64,000 nucleotides of DNA from Marsupella aquatica (Eukaryota > Plantae > Marchantiophyta). Position numbers and translations under genes: made by a program. Below the pieces are notes generated by a model. The model was not told the origin of the DNA, made no database searches, and saw only the letters and a list, made by a program, of their open reading frames with translations. The stretch covers positions 11,719,775 to 11,783,774 of the forward strand of contig OZ316899.1 in assembly GCA_973895155.1 (NCBI GenBank). Reading direction: 5' to 3'. Of the stretch, positions 24,418-37,233 are shown in pieces. How positions within the stretch are numbered: the first letter of the stretch is position 1; each line of letters begins with the position of its first letter.

Positions 24418-27400
24418 TGTCATGCCAAAAGATTTGTCCTTACGTGGATTTTGGCTTAGGCGGCCATAAACTCTATTAGTATTGAGGTTTCGGGCAAGGA
24501 GGGATGTGCAAACGGTACTTTGTTCCCGTAACTTGACGCTAAACGCTCCTGAGTCTATTCTTGCATGCATCATAGGTATACTTTGTGTTCCACCGCTAGC
24601 ACGTACCTTAAGTTGATAGTTGGATCGACCCCGGTGTAATATAGCAGTTATTCAAGATTACTGTGAAAACTTTAAAATTTAGGAATTTTTGAGATAAGTA
24701 GTGATTCAACTCAAGTTATCTATATTAATTAGGAGCATTAGAGTAGCTAAGCCATCCTCAAGTACATCCCTGTAGTCTACTAAAACTAGTTACTTTTAAA
24801 GCCACGTCAAATCGGGAGTCACAATAGTAGCTTATGCGCTAATGCGCTCAGACGCTTAAACGCAGCCCACCCTACCGGTAACTGAAAGTAGTCGTTGACA
24901 ACAAGGAGGGAGGGGGAGAGCGACTTACTAGACCACCTGCTTGCGACGAACACTTCCACTTCCCTGTTTTGATACCAAACGCCTTGACGACCATACGCTC
25001 ATACGCAAAGATGCTTATGCGCTGTGGCCCTTATATGCTTATGCGCGATTACGCCAATATGCCCCGACGTTTTGCGACTTAGATTTCTGTGGCGATAGTG
25101 AATCAAACCTCAAGAACCATAGCTACAACTTGTCATGGAGGGCGTGGATGAGATGAGTTGTGACTTCCCCGTTCCTAGAGCTGTACCTGTGAAGTACCCT
25201 GCACTCGAGAGGGATTTGATGTTATTGGCTAATGCTCTAGAAGTTATGCACCTGGGAAAACTTCTATCTATTTTGTGGGCTTTGTATGCCCAACCTATTT
25301 GCACAAGTTTGCCGATGGATCACAGATACCATAAAAATTTCAGGATACTGTAAGGGCGGATCCCAAGAAGTGGGACTTGGAGTTTGTTGCCGACGCTTTT
25401 AGTTGTCCCTCAAAAGGCTGTGGTTTACAATCTGGAAAGAGTACTCTGTCGATCTGATGTTTGCTGGAACGAGAAATTCAAAAGCAGGATGGAAGCTTAA
25501 TCAATGTATTGATTATACCTTCAAGATCATCCTTGAGTTTCTGCTATCATCTATCAAAGCATGTTTTATAGCATCTGTCATGTTAATGCACTTGTCAGTT
25601 TTAAATGATTGTATATTTTGACAACATCATTTTAGGGGCAAACAACTTTGGTTGTCGAGAAATATGTGCCCTGTCAGCCCTTCGTTGCTCGAGGGTGTCC
25701 ACTGATGAGGTCTGGTATCAGGCAAGATAAAAAGTTTCAAGCTGCAGGCTGCAAATAAGATCAGTCAAGCACTTCATTCCTCCAATAGTGCAATCCTTTT
25801 GACCTTCTCCTGTGGGAGTAAACAATCCCCATACTAGTAGAGTTGACGGAGGTAAACTGGGAGGTGTGTAGGCCTTCCATTCTGTGCAGCATTGATTTGG
25901 CTAAGGATGGTGTGTCTCAGTAACATTCCCCAATTAACTTCAGCAAGTCCTTTCCATGAAGTAACAAACGTGTTCGCCAAGGATACAGGTACCATATATG
26001 GTCGAGTGGAAGAAACATCAGAAGTTGGTCACCATGAAATTATGTCACCTGCCCCGGAACTTATGGATGAGGATATTAATCATAATATTGAGATTACACC
26101 TTACCATACCAATAGTAGTCCGACCGACCACACTCCTCTTCTTGTTATTCTTGCCAGTGAACACAATCATCCAGAGAAATTGATTGATGATGGGAAGACT
26201 GTTTTTAACCAGGATATAGTAGACAGTTTGTCTAGAATGCTGACTTGTGATCCAGAAGAAATCCTCACTATTGTGGATAGACTAAGGACTGCTTTTGTTA
26301 CTCAACCATCACCAACTTATAATTGTATCACTCCATACAGTCCCACTTCCATTTATTCACCAACACAGAGTCCTATTCAACCAAATTATCCATCCATTGA
26401 AGGACAGCCAGAAGCCCTTGGGACTCCAGATCACCTTTCTCTGACAGACATCCAGAATCCCGACACTACTATGGGATGCCCAATGGATGAGAGATTACCA
26501 CCGTTGGGAACAGATCTTCAACAAATTGTGGACACTTCACCCCGACATTCAGTTGAGTATTACTTTAATCTTGTAGGTGAGATATGCAAGATGTTGGAGT
26601 GTGATCTTGATCATTTGATCAAGGTATTAGATGAGGTTATGTATAGATTATCACATATTTCAAGCCATGACCAGCACTTGGAATACTGTGAAGATCTCGT
26701 CCACATGTTCACTCAGATGTTCGGCTGCAATACCAAGCAAGATTATTCTGCAATTCGCTATCATACCTCAGCATCAGGTTCTCCCATTTATTATTCTAGC
26801 CCTCCTTCTAGCCATTCACCTACCTCTCCTTATAGTCCTTCAAATCAACCAAACCAACTTTTTCCTAGTTTTCCAGAACATGAGATCACTCCTGTAGGTG
26901 AACATCTTGCCATTTCTTTCCTTTTGACACTCTTCCACCCAGTCAAGACAAATCATGCCAGGTCAATTTTATCCCTACCCTGCATATTGATCCAAAAACC
27001 CCTTAGGAAAAATTAAACAGTTTGCTGAGTTTGTTAGAGTCTCAGACCTTAGATCTCCTCCTATTTTAGAGTTGAATGTCTTTATATCTTGAAACTTCAT
27101 TTGTTAGAGGTCACTCGCTTGGAGATAGCAGAAATGGATGAGATCTGGACAGAAGCTGAGTATTTTTTCCCTGTTCTCGTTGTCATGATCCTCGTTGGAC
27201 ACATTGTATTGGAGAATGGAGATCTGGCTCTAGCTTATTTTGGGAATCTACTTGCTTATGTCTTGGAGTTCATCATTGTCTTCTTAAGACAAACCAAGAG
27301 GAGATTCCAGATGAATCACAAACCTTCTCCAGTCCAACCTGTGTCCTCCAACAATTTGTTACTCCAGTCACTGAGAAGCAGAGGATCTGGAATAATATTA

Positions 27401-30400
27401 CTTCTCAGCGATTAACAGAGTATACTCTGAAGTGGCGTGAACTCCTACCTAGAGTCACTTTACTTCTACCACTTGCCAGAGACTCTGAGATATTCATGGC
27501 CAAGTTTCCTCAAAACTACCATGCTACTTGTTGCACTTACGACTTTGTTGGTATTTACATGCAAGCTAGCAAGGTAAATACCATGCTACATTGGAGGCTG
27601 CTTCCTATTCTGGATCTTGAACGATAGCGGAAGTCTTTACCTTTTTATCGGCATCATGTTCAAGACATGGATGTAATTTGAGAAGCTATACAGACAAATA
27701 CTTTCATGAGAGTTCAGCAACCAGATCAGATAGCATTACTCCAACAAGATTAGTTCTCCTATGATAATAGTAAAGATCAGCCGATCTCTGCAATTTTAGT
27801 TAAAGTAGTTAGAAAAGTCTCATACTTTTCTAGGAGATAGCTCTCCTAGAAACTTAGTAGAACTTACCCTGAAAATCTCAACTCAAACCTACATGTGGTT
27901 TGAAAGTTAAAAATATTTTAGTTTTATTGTTTTTCGCTTACATGCGATAGCGCTAATGCGCTTATGCGCCCAACACTTAGAAACTTTTCTGGTTTCAGTT
28001 TTTTTAATCTTTTTAACACTTTCATCTATTTTATTGAGGGACTTAGACACCTAATAAAAGTCTCATATATTGCTAACATGAAGAATATACATCATAGACC
28101 GTTTCAGCAAAGTCTCACCTTTTAATGACTTTTAGTTTAGAAATTAAAATTAGGACATAACCTCTATTTATTAGTTTTGCCACAATTTCCCTTTTATAAT
28201 AGTTAACATTTGAAATATCTTTTAGTTAGTTTTACATTCCAGAAGTATTCATGTGAACCATAAGCACTTCTGTAGTACAATTTTGTTACTTTACTTTTAC
28301 CCATGACCCTTGAGATAAGAAAGGGCATGTCTTTTCATTACCTCTTTTCCCTTTTGTTCCTGCTAGCATATAAGTAGTAGTTCTCATGTCATTTCTTGTG
28401 TGAAGAAATTTCATGAGCGCTTAGTTGCAAGATTGCAACTTTGTTACCTCCATTTGTAGCAAGCACTCCATTGCATATGAGTACTTAATACAAAGGAATT
28501 CTTCCCCCTTCAAGTCTGAATGAATGAGAAATTTGGACCCTTGAAGTAAAATCATTATGAATATTAAATCTCTGGTATATGTGAAAATATATTCCTTGTT
28601 GGTGAAGTTTCACATATTCCTTAGTTCTTGATGCATAGTTGTTGGCATGACCTTGCTTGAGCATGATTGCTAAGAAGGATTACTTACCAATGACTTATGA
28701 CTTCAAAATTGATGGTGATAGTGTCTCTTATTCGTGACACAGAGTACCAATTGGATACATAAGTGATTGATTACTAGTCTCCACTTAGTACCTTGGAAGG
28801 AAAAGTAGAGACATGTTGACGGCATTTTAGTGATCATCCTAGTATCGTAATCCTTTCCAAAAAAGTTTCTTACGGATATACCACCTAAATCATATCAAAT
28901 CTTCAGTTATGTTGAGGAGTCACCTTGGTTGTTTCCTAGCTCCCTCACCATACTTCAAGATTTTCATTGTGTTTTGTTAATTATTTCCATTTGTTAATTT
29001 TAATTTCAATGTTAAGCAAACATTTAAAACTATGCCTTGCTGAGCAACCATAGTAAAATGCTCAACCTTGTGTTTTTGTTACTTAAGTCATTCATAAGTG
29101 CTAAATCATATAAAATCATTCCTTACATGTTCTTCCATGAGAACGAATATCGAGTTTTGGATCTTAAATGTTTATTTATGTCCCTAGTGTAATACTACAC
29201 CCGGCTTAAGGACTTCTAAGCCTTTGTGTTGTCCGCCTCCAGTCCGGATCTGATGATACAGGTATCCAACCCGGACTCGCAACCACTATCCTCAGCTGAC
29301 ACCTCGTGCACAACTTGTATAATGCGTTCCCAGCCAAGCATTCTGTACTCGTATACAAGATTCATGATTAAAACAGAATTCTCAACATACAATCTTGGTT
29401 TTACACGAAGGAAATGATGGGGAAAAGACTTTACTTCAGAATCCGTCATACACATATACATGGTGACTCGATTTCCTCTGAATAAACAGGCCCAACGGCA
29501 GGGAGGCGTACACTACAACAGACCCCGGCTCCGCACTCGCCTGGCGAGATTAGTCGTACCCTCACTCCTTGGTGCTCTTTTATTCACAAAGGCTAGGACT
29601 CCCCGCACATCCTTTGGATATCTGGTTCTAAACTTAAAATACCCCTTGCCTCTACCGAGGGGGTGCACTAAATACTAACTAAGAGTCATGGCCTGGAATG
29701 GCCACATGCTCAAATATACTCTATCCTAAATGCTGCTAATTGTCAGGCCACAAAATGGCGTGCTTATTCTAAGATTTATGCTAAAGGAAGGTTGGTTAGA
29801 TAGGACAGCGTCGCTAACTAGTTTCGGTGCTTGTCCTTAGCGTCTGACTTTCCTGACTAAACCTAACTCTCTTCTAAACTTGCCATGCCGCTAATGTCTA
29901 GCACGCTTGACAGACCCGCCCAAGTTGGACTTGGAGCAGCCATCCCGCTATCTCCTTAGCCAGTCGGCGTCCTACTTGAGTATCCGAACTTGGTCCAGGA
30001 GAGACTCATTCTCTTGCTTCACCGCATCCGTCTCCTCCATGGCCTCCCTGACACGCCTTTTCCAATTGTTGGGCGTCACTTGTTAGTTGCGCCACCAGTT
30101 GGTCTTGCTTAGTGGCTTCTTGTAGAAGCCATGCCACTTTTGCTTTTAGGGCGTCCACCTCAGCTGCATCTCTCTGGGTCTGATCGTCGGCCTCCTCCAC
30201 GTCTTTCTGCCAGATGACGGCTTGCCCCTTCAAGTTGTCAATCTGGGTCCGAAGCCGTGAGATATTGGCGTCCTTTCCAACTCTGGCTTGCACGACCAAG
30301 GCTATCTTGGCTTCTGCGTCGGTGATCTAGGTCATAGTGGTCGCAAGTTGAGACCGGAGAAGTTGCAGCTGGGTTGCTTGGTTTGAGGCTTCATCTAATA

Positions 30401-32411
30401 GTTTGGTTGCCTCAACACGATACTGCTCAATCTTTGCTATGGCTTCAACCTGAGCATGCCTTGCTTTCACCACCGCCGCCAGCTCTTGGCCGAAGAAGTA
30501 AGCCACCCTGCGGGCCATGATCTCCCCCATATCTTGACCAACTTGTTGGGAGAAGTCGCCCAACAACCCATTCAAATACGTGCCTGGTGCAAAGAGTTTC
30601 GGGTTCACCAGGTTGTGCCCACTTGGGTTAGGGCAAGGACAGACCTTGACTTGGGCAGAGGCCGGAGTGATTACGTCCAGACCCGGGGTGACAAGGGTAG
30701 AGGGAGAGAGGTCTCCCGAAGGGAAAGGGGAACCCACCTGTACGAGTGCGGAGGGTACTGGGGTTTCCTCCGGGATCATGGCCTCTGGTCCGGGGCCAGC
30801 TTCAACCTGATCAACTGTGATTGCACGGGCCTGGTTTTGGGCGTCCTAGGTTGTGATGACTGCCGAGTCCGGCACAGAAGAAGGGGGCCCAATAGTTGTC
30901 TATGGGGTTGGGGTGGACACCATAGGCGCTAGACTCCGGGCTTCAGGTTGGGGTCGCCTTTCCTGAGCCGGAAAGACCCACCTGACTGGGGTGAGTTTGG
31001 GCTCATTGTACTGGGGAAGGGTTTGGCGGTCAAAGCAAGCATACCACTCAATGATAATTTTGATGTGGCTTGCCAAGTACGCCTTCCCCCTGAGGTACAA
31101 GGTCTTCCATCGTCGTTCCATCTCCTTGTGGAACTTCTTGACAAAGAAAGAAGCCCACTTCCTAGGTCGGTAGTTCTTGACCTGAATCACTTGGGCAGCG
31201 GATATCAATCTCACCCCGCGGCTCCATCATGTGGAGAGCATACCTCTGGAACTCTAGCCACTCCACTATCTCCGGGATGAGGCATGTCCTCATCAGAAAG
31301 CCGTTGTCCACCAAACCCTTGGGTGGGAAGCTGGAGGATTGGTACTTGGCTCCCTTGCCCCCTGGCGTCCACGATTCTACCTAATTTTCTCCTTCGGGTA
31401 GGCAGAAGATCAGTTTAAGCTATGCTTCGTTCAGGGACATCACTTGTCCGTGCACACGGGTTAGTTGACGGGCCTCGTCAAAGTTTTAGATGAACTCTGT
31501 CATGTCTTGCCTGTAATACCTGCAAGTGTTCCAAGGGAGGGCGGCGAGGTGTTTGAACCCTTGGGTCTTGAGGTAACATGCATGTTTCGGGTGGAGAATG
31601 TTTTTATGGACATTCTCCCTCATGCAATGCATGGTCAATTTGGCCACTGTGACGGTGGCCACGGGTGAGCCGGACACTGATGCCGGCTCCTTCCTCTTCT
31701 ACCCTGAGATTGGTTCTAGGGGTGACACGTGGAGGGGGACATCTCCCCATCTTCTCTATCTGGCAGCGGTAGTGCTTCCGCCGTTAGAACTGGTGCCGGG
31801 GCTGCAACCATCACTGTGTCATCTACTGGGACCGCCTCCTGGTTTCAGGCTTGCTGAGGGGTGGTGCGTTACCCATCCCGGGTTGATAGGTACCTGGTGG
31901 ATTGCGGTGAAGGGTCGGGGCTTCCTCATCCTCTGAGCTGAGGTTGACCACATTTATTATAGACCGCACGCAAGCGGAGGGTGCGGCTGGTGGTGGGGAA
32001 CGGCTTGAGGGAGGCAGAGGCGGCATTTGAGCTTGACCGTTCCTGGGGAGTTTGGGTGTCACTGCCACTGGTGCCATGGGAGCAGGTGTTGAACCGTACA
32101 TCAGGGTTGTGGTATGTCTAGGTTGGGCGAGTGCCTATGCTTTGGCAAAAATATCGTTGAAATGTTGCCGTTGCAGGTCGATGGTCCCCGGAATTTGGAA
32201 GACCTTGTTGGGGAGGCGGAGGATGGCTTCCTTGAAGCCAATGTACTTGTCTCCATTGAAGAAGAGTTTGGAGATCTCTTCGTCCTTACAATACTTGCTT
32301 TCAAAGGTGAGTCCAAAGTCACAGATATAGTGGGAACGGCCTAGCAGACGGACTCAGCATTTGAAATGCTTCTCAATGGAATATCTCCGCGGATTGGTAT
32401 CAGCAAGAAAA
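24418..32411 (-). mobile_element. LTR family A copy (ORF on minus strand), interrupted by LTR B and truncated at ~32411
   Basis: 24461-24634 plus 29200-32411 is the reverse complement of ~59085-62480; TGTCATGCC terminus at 24418; degenerate PMD-like and coiled-coil ORF pieces. Confidence 0.8.
24635..29199 (+). mobile_element. Solo-LTR-like element family B (4565 bp) with internal degenerate ORF
   Basis: TGTAAT..TACTACA termini; TSD CCCGG at 24630-24634 and 29200-29204; the flanks rejoin into continuous family A sequence. ORF pieces 25135-~27800; no gag or pol seen. Confidence 0.9.
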
Positions 32412-34352
32412 TCAGTGTAAGCCTGTGGACTAAATCCTCACAATATTCTTGATGATGATCTCGGGTAAGTAAAGTTGATGTCTTATGCAGAAGATCATCT
32501 AAGACATCAATTAAGTGTCTCTCATCACACTCCAGCATGTCAGTCATTTTATTGACAAGAGTAGAATAGTGTTCAGCAGAATGACCTGGGGAGGCAGATA
32601 GTGTCTGTTAAAGCTCTAACCTGGGTGATGCATCATTTTCCTCCATTGGTTCAGCTTCAGTAATATTTGTAACCCTAATATTGGAGGTGGGTCGAAATAG
32701 CTCCATCACCTCAGGATAGAATTGAGTAGGACCTTGGGTTGGAGAGTATGGAGAGTTGGGACTACTAGGTTCAGGCAGAGTCACAGAGGCTGCTCTTAAC
32801 CTCTCAATAGAGTCAACTATCTCCTCAGGTTCACAGATCAATAAGTTGCTTAACTTATCAATAATTTGCTGATTAGATTCTACTCTCAGTTCATCAGCCG
32901 TTGGTTTGCTGAACATGAAGGGTCTCTTGCGGGATCTCATAGAAGGGGTCAAGCTGTCTACAGATAAATTTTGAGTTGGGGCTGTAGGTGAGCGAAGAGT
33001 AATAGGGACAGAGATGTCAACTACAGGTACATGCGGTGGGGGAACCTCTGGTTCGGATGTATACTCATTGAGATTGGAATTGAGGGGGGTGTAAAGTCTT
33101 CTATCCTGATTGAGAGAAAGGGGATAGAGGGTTATCAGGAATTGGTGAAGAGGTACTTTTGGGTTCCACAAGTGGTTCTCCCTGGGTAAGAGGGGTAACC
33201 TCTGGTTCAACTTCATCAGCATCTTCTCCTTCAGTATCCTTGTGTCCTGATTCACTAAGATCAAATTCATCAAGCAGTCTGATCCGCTCCTCTTGTTTGC
33301 CTGGAAGTAAGCAATTCCCATGAAAGTATAATTGGCAAAGATAAGCAGGGAGAGTAGTGAACTCATCCATTTTCACCTTCTTTACTTGAGATAAAATAAC
33401 CTGTCTTAGCAACAAGGCCCAATTGATCTTAGCAACTCCCTTCCAACTTGCCACAATAGTATTGGCAAGTGACACAGGTATCATATGTGGCCGAATGGGA
33501 TGGAGAATTGGAATCAAAAACTCTAAAATGATTTTAAGAGTATAATCGGTGCACTGGTCCATTTTCCATCCATGGCGAACGTTTCAAGTTCTAGAAAAAT
33601 AAGGCCTCGCAGTCTCTCCTTGTTGTGAGTGAAGGCTGTCACCTTCGGCGGGACAGCCGAAAGCATCAGCAACAAATTGCAGAGTCCAAAATTCTGGATT
33701 TGCCCGAGCAGTTCCCACCATACCAACTTTGATTCGTGCCCCATCACTGAAATCCTTCAGAAAACTTAATGAAGTTACGGACCAAGGCAGAGTGAGCAAT
33801 TTACTCAGGTGCATGACCGCCAGTGCTTCCTTCAAAACGTGCAAGTTTCTTTCCATCGTAGGGTATGTGACAGGGACAGCCTTAGGTAAGGGAACTCCTC
33901 TCGCAGTCATCTCTCCCCCTTCGTCTGCCATAGTAACAAGGAACAAGGCGTTGTCACCAACTATCGATCCGAAGAGATCAATGCCAAGTGATCCACCGTT
34001 GCGCTTTCACTCTGTTGCGCCCTTACGCCTTTGCTCCAAAATGCTGTTGCGCGGTTGCGCTGTTGCGCTTTTCCCCCGAAACGCCGTTGCGCTTTTATGC
34101 CAAAACGCTCTTTGTAACGGACGGTCAAACTTGGCAGCATCAATGTTCCTTCCGTGCTTCAAAAACATCGATAGTAGTTTCTTCTGGCTCGTCTCACCCC
34201 TACTTAGTTATTCAGGGTATTATCCACTAACCTGCCTAACTTAAGTCTTAACCTTACTTATATCTAAAAGTAGATTAATTGGCTATGTTTAATCTATTTC
34301 TAACTACAAATTTTTCATTATTTCTAAGTTTCTAATTTAGACAGCTATTACA
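32412..34352 (-). mobile_element. 5' part of a diverged family B element
   Basis: MADEGGEMTARGVPLPKAVPVTYP.. is homologous to 25135 MEGVDEMSCDFPVPRAVPVKYP..; terminus GCTATTACA (rc TGTAATAGC) at 34352. Confidence 0.75.
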
Positions 34353-34777
34353 TTCATAACCGCGAACACAGCAACAAAAGCGGCCCGAACATCGAGCGCT
34401 ACCTCGAACACTTCCGATCAAACAGAAGAACCTATCAAATCCCACATAGTTCTACTGCCCTAAGCGCAAACTACAACTGCCTTTTGGACCTGTAACACGT
34501 AGAGGACTTACACACAAATTACTGACCAAACGATATGGGTACAAAGTCTATGTGACAACCCACTTAAACATTTTTTTTAACAGACTACAATAACTTTACA
34601 CTAACATATAGCTTGGAGGAAATGGTAACACTCTTTTCCCCTACAAGAAAGGAAAGGGGGTTTTAATGAGGTTACATTTCCCTCCCTAAATATAAACCTT
34701 TCAATGACTAGGACATATTACACATCAGAGTAGGTTTTTTAGATGGTTGCAACATTACCCCGGGTCATGTTTCACCC

Positions 34778-34937
34778 AAGGGGGAGTGTTATAACCCATA
34801 CCTAAACCTACCCTACCTAGGGTTAAACCTACTGCAGTTAGGCCAAATCCAACCGCCTAACTACCTAGCCACCATAGGAGCTATATGTAATGTTGGGATG
34901 ATGAATGAAGGTATTAGTTGTTCCACACCTTACAACA
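34778..34937 (+). mobile_element. Polypurine tract plus short (151 bp) 3' LTR of a copia-like element
   Basis: AAGGGGGAG|TGTTATAA (LTR start 34787) .. TTACAACA (34937); abuts the truncated MULE 3. Confidence 0.55.
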
Positions 34938-35901
34938 CTGAGGAGTCTAAACAAGCATAAGTGACTTCCAGATTTCTGTTTCTTCTAGCTTCAAAATGTC
35001 ATCCACAAACTCACCTAGGGCATCCATTAAAGATCCAGTGATCTCATTTTTCAAAACACACGGTGTAGAAGGAGACTTCTCATGCTATTTTCAGATTTCT
35101 TCTATTGCTATTTTCTCAGCACTTCTAGACCACACCTTCCGACATGGATGGTTGTGCACCCCCATATGGATTGCAAGGCGAGACATGTGCTTTGCAGTGT
35201 TAGCCTCTATCAAAACTTGCGGGTACATATAAAACATTTTTGCAGGACACAATTCAACACAAAATGGAACTTGAAGGCAATAGCGACAAACAATTCTGCC
35301 AGCATCGATCAACCTCCCGGGACAATGTTGACCAGAGAGCTTGGGGGTCCCATCCCATGCAGTACAATTTCTGCCTTGAGTCCTAGTGTAAAACTCACAT
35401 GCTCTATTTCAACATTTGAGAGAACCACTACAACTGACTTTCCTGAACTCCCACATCTTCTTCGGGAGGACATTAGCTGAAGTAGGGAAAATTCTAGTCC
35501 ATAGATAGCAGTCCTTGGATCGGTCCATGTTTCGCAGACGATCCCCTTTGGAGCCGACACCTTCAACAGGTGGAAGCTCAAATATGGTATTCCCATTGTA
35601 CACCACAGGTAAGCATTCAACCTGCTCGTGCCTGAATGACTCGGACCTAACAAAGCGGGATAACTCACTTTGTCCGGTTGACTTCAACAAGGCATCAAGT
35701 GCGCTTCTTTTGTGCACAACCGGAACACAATGAGTCCACAACATCAGACCTCTCCAACACAGTCAATACAAGGGATACCTGGGGCATCAATGAAGTGGTC
35801 CTGCCGCCCTCTTTTTTAATCTCAATGGCCTTTAAAATGGGTGGGGATTCATTCTCAGAGAGTTCAGCGTTGGATGTCAGGTCAATCACCTCGTGAGACA
35901 C
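34938..35901 (-). pseudogene. MULE transposase 3, N-terminal GCM-like domain fragment
   Basis: LPVVYNGNTIFELPP..KDCYLW..CSGSLKC and VCRYC..CPAKMFY..SRLAIHMGVHNHP, homologous to 14536-15221. Confidence 0.8.
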
Positions 35902-36395
35902 CTGAGGCCTCTCCGCCTTGACCTAAACGATCTCCCTTACTTCAATGAAAATCAAGTACTCGACGCAAAATTTGAGATGCCAAAAAATTTCCCCTGCTTC
36001 AGAATCAAATGTGCGGGCCCATTGTTCAACGTTCTGACACTCAAAATATGTTTCCTCGTCACATCAAATCTTCCACACAGTTAATTATCACTAATGCGTT
36101 TGTCCATGTCAAAAATGGACATAGGGATCGTCACAACATCACCTGTTTTCAAGCACGTGATTCAAATAACGCGATACATTGTAACTTTGCAGAGAGAACC
36201 TACTACTTTAACTCATGAGACTTGGTAAAATAAAGGTTGATTGAATGTTTGAGAATTTAATCTTAATCCATGTCTCAAACGTTAAGAGCTGACGAGAGGT
36301 TTTTTTCCCATTCTAGAAACAACAAAACCATCAAATTGGCGGCTAGTTATTGTTGAATCAATTATTTTGTCGTTACTGCCAACGAGGTGAAATAG

Positions 36396-36837
36396 TAGCG
36401 CCTGGCGCTAGCATTATCCATAGTTAAAAATGCAAAAAATTGATCCACTTAGGCAAAAAATATCCATTATTTTGGGAGAAAATACGGGTACCATCTTAAT
36501 AGTGTCAGGCGCTATTAAAATATTTAATGAATAAAACCATCCTTTTAAGTTCAAATATGTCAGTTTTTTGGACGTTTTACACTAGCGCCTGGCGCTAGTA
36601 TTGAAATCTATCAATTTCATCTCTATTTGAGACTATCTTAATAATAGCGCCAAGCGCTATCATTAAATCGATAGAAATATCCTAGACTAACGGTCATTGT
36701 TAACGGTAACTTTGCCACTTCGGTTATCCTATTTATGACATTTTTGAAGTGTCTCCGTACTAGCGCCAGGCGCTATTATTAAAATGTTTCATTTGAATCT
36801 ATATTTTAGTCTATCATAATAATAGCGCCAGACGCTA
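36396..36837. promoter_or_regulatory. Cluster of 6 TAGCGCCNGGCGCTA palindromes between divergent MULE 3 and ParB-MTase copy 2
   Basis: Copies at 36396, 36500, 36583, 36645, 36761 and 36823; the last four lie in a 178-bp tandem duplication. Confidence 0.75.
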
Positions 36838-37233
36838 ATATTAGCTTGCTGCAAAATGATCATATTAACGGTCTTTTTTAACGGTAACTTTGACCATTTA
36901 CCGTTCAAATTTATGACCACTTCCATGATATATTTGTATAGCGGTACATATAAATGAGTTATAAAGTGACAAGTGTTTATCTTTAGTTTGTCTGCTTTGG
37001 ATCCTCGTGCTTTTCCATGCGTACTTGTCACACTTGTCGGTCTGCGAGATAGTATATCAGATAAGATCTCCTTGCAAGATTGCCGTCCTTGATCGTTAGA
37101 ACAACCTCTGAGCAAGTAGTTTGGGTCATGATCAATCATTTGTCCTTATCTGTATAGCAACACAAGAAACGTTGCATCACCCGAAAAACATGTTGCGCTG
37201 CAGGTTGTGCGTGTGTTTGTGTCTTAAACAACC

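Noticed and set aside
34938-35000. Shared LTR insertion hotspot at roughly homologous positions of MULE 2 and MULE 3
   Set aside because: The alignment needs a frameshift and there are only two events, so it cannot be separated from chance.
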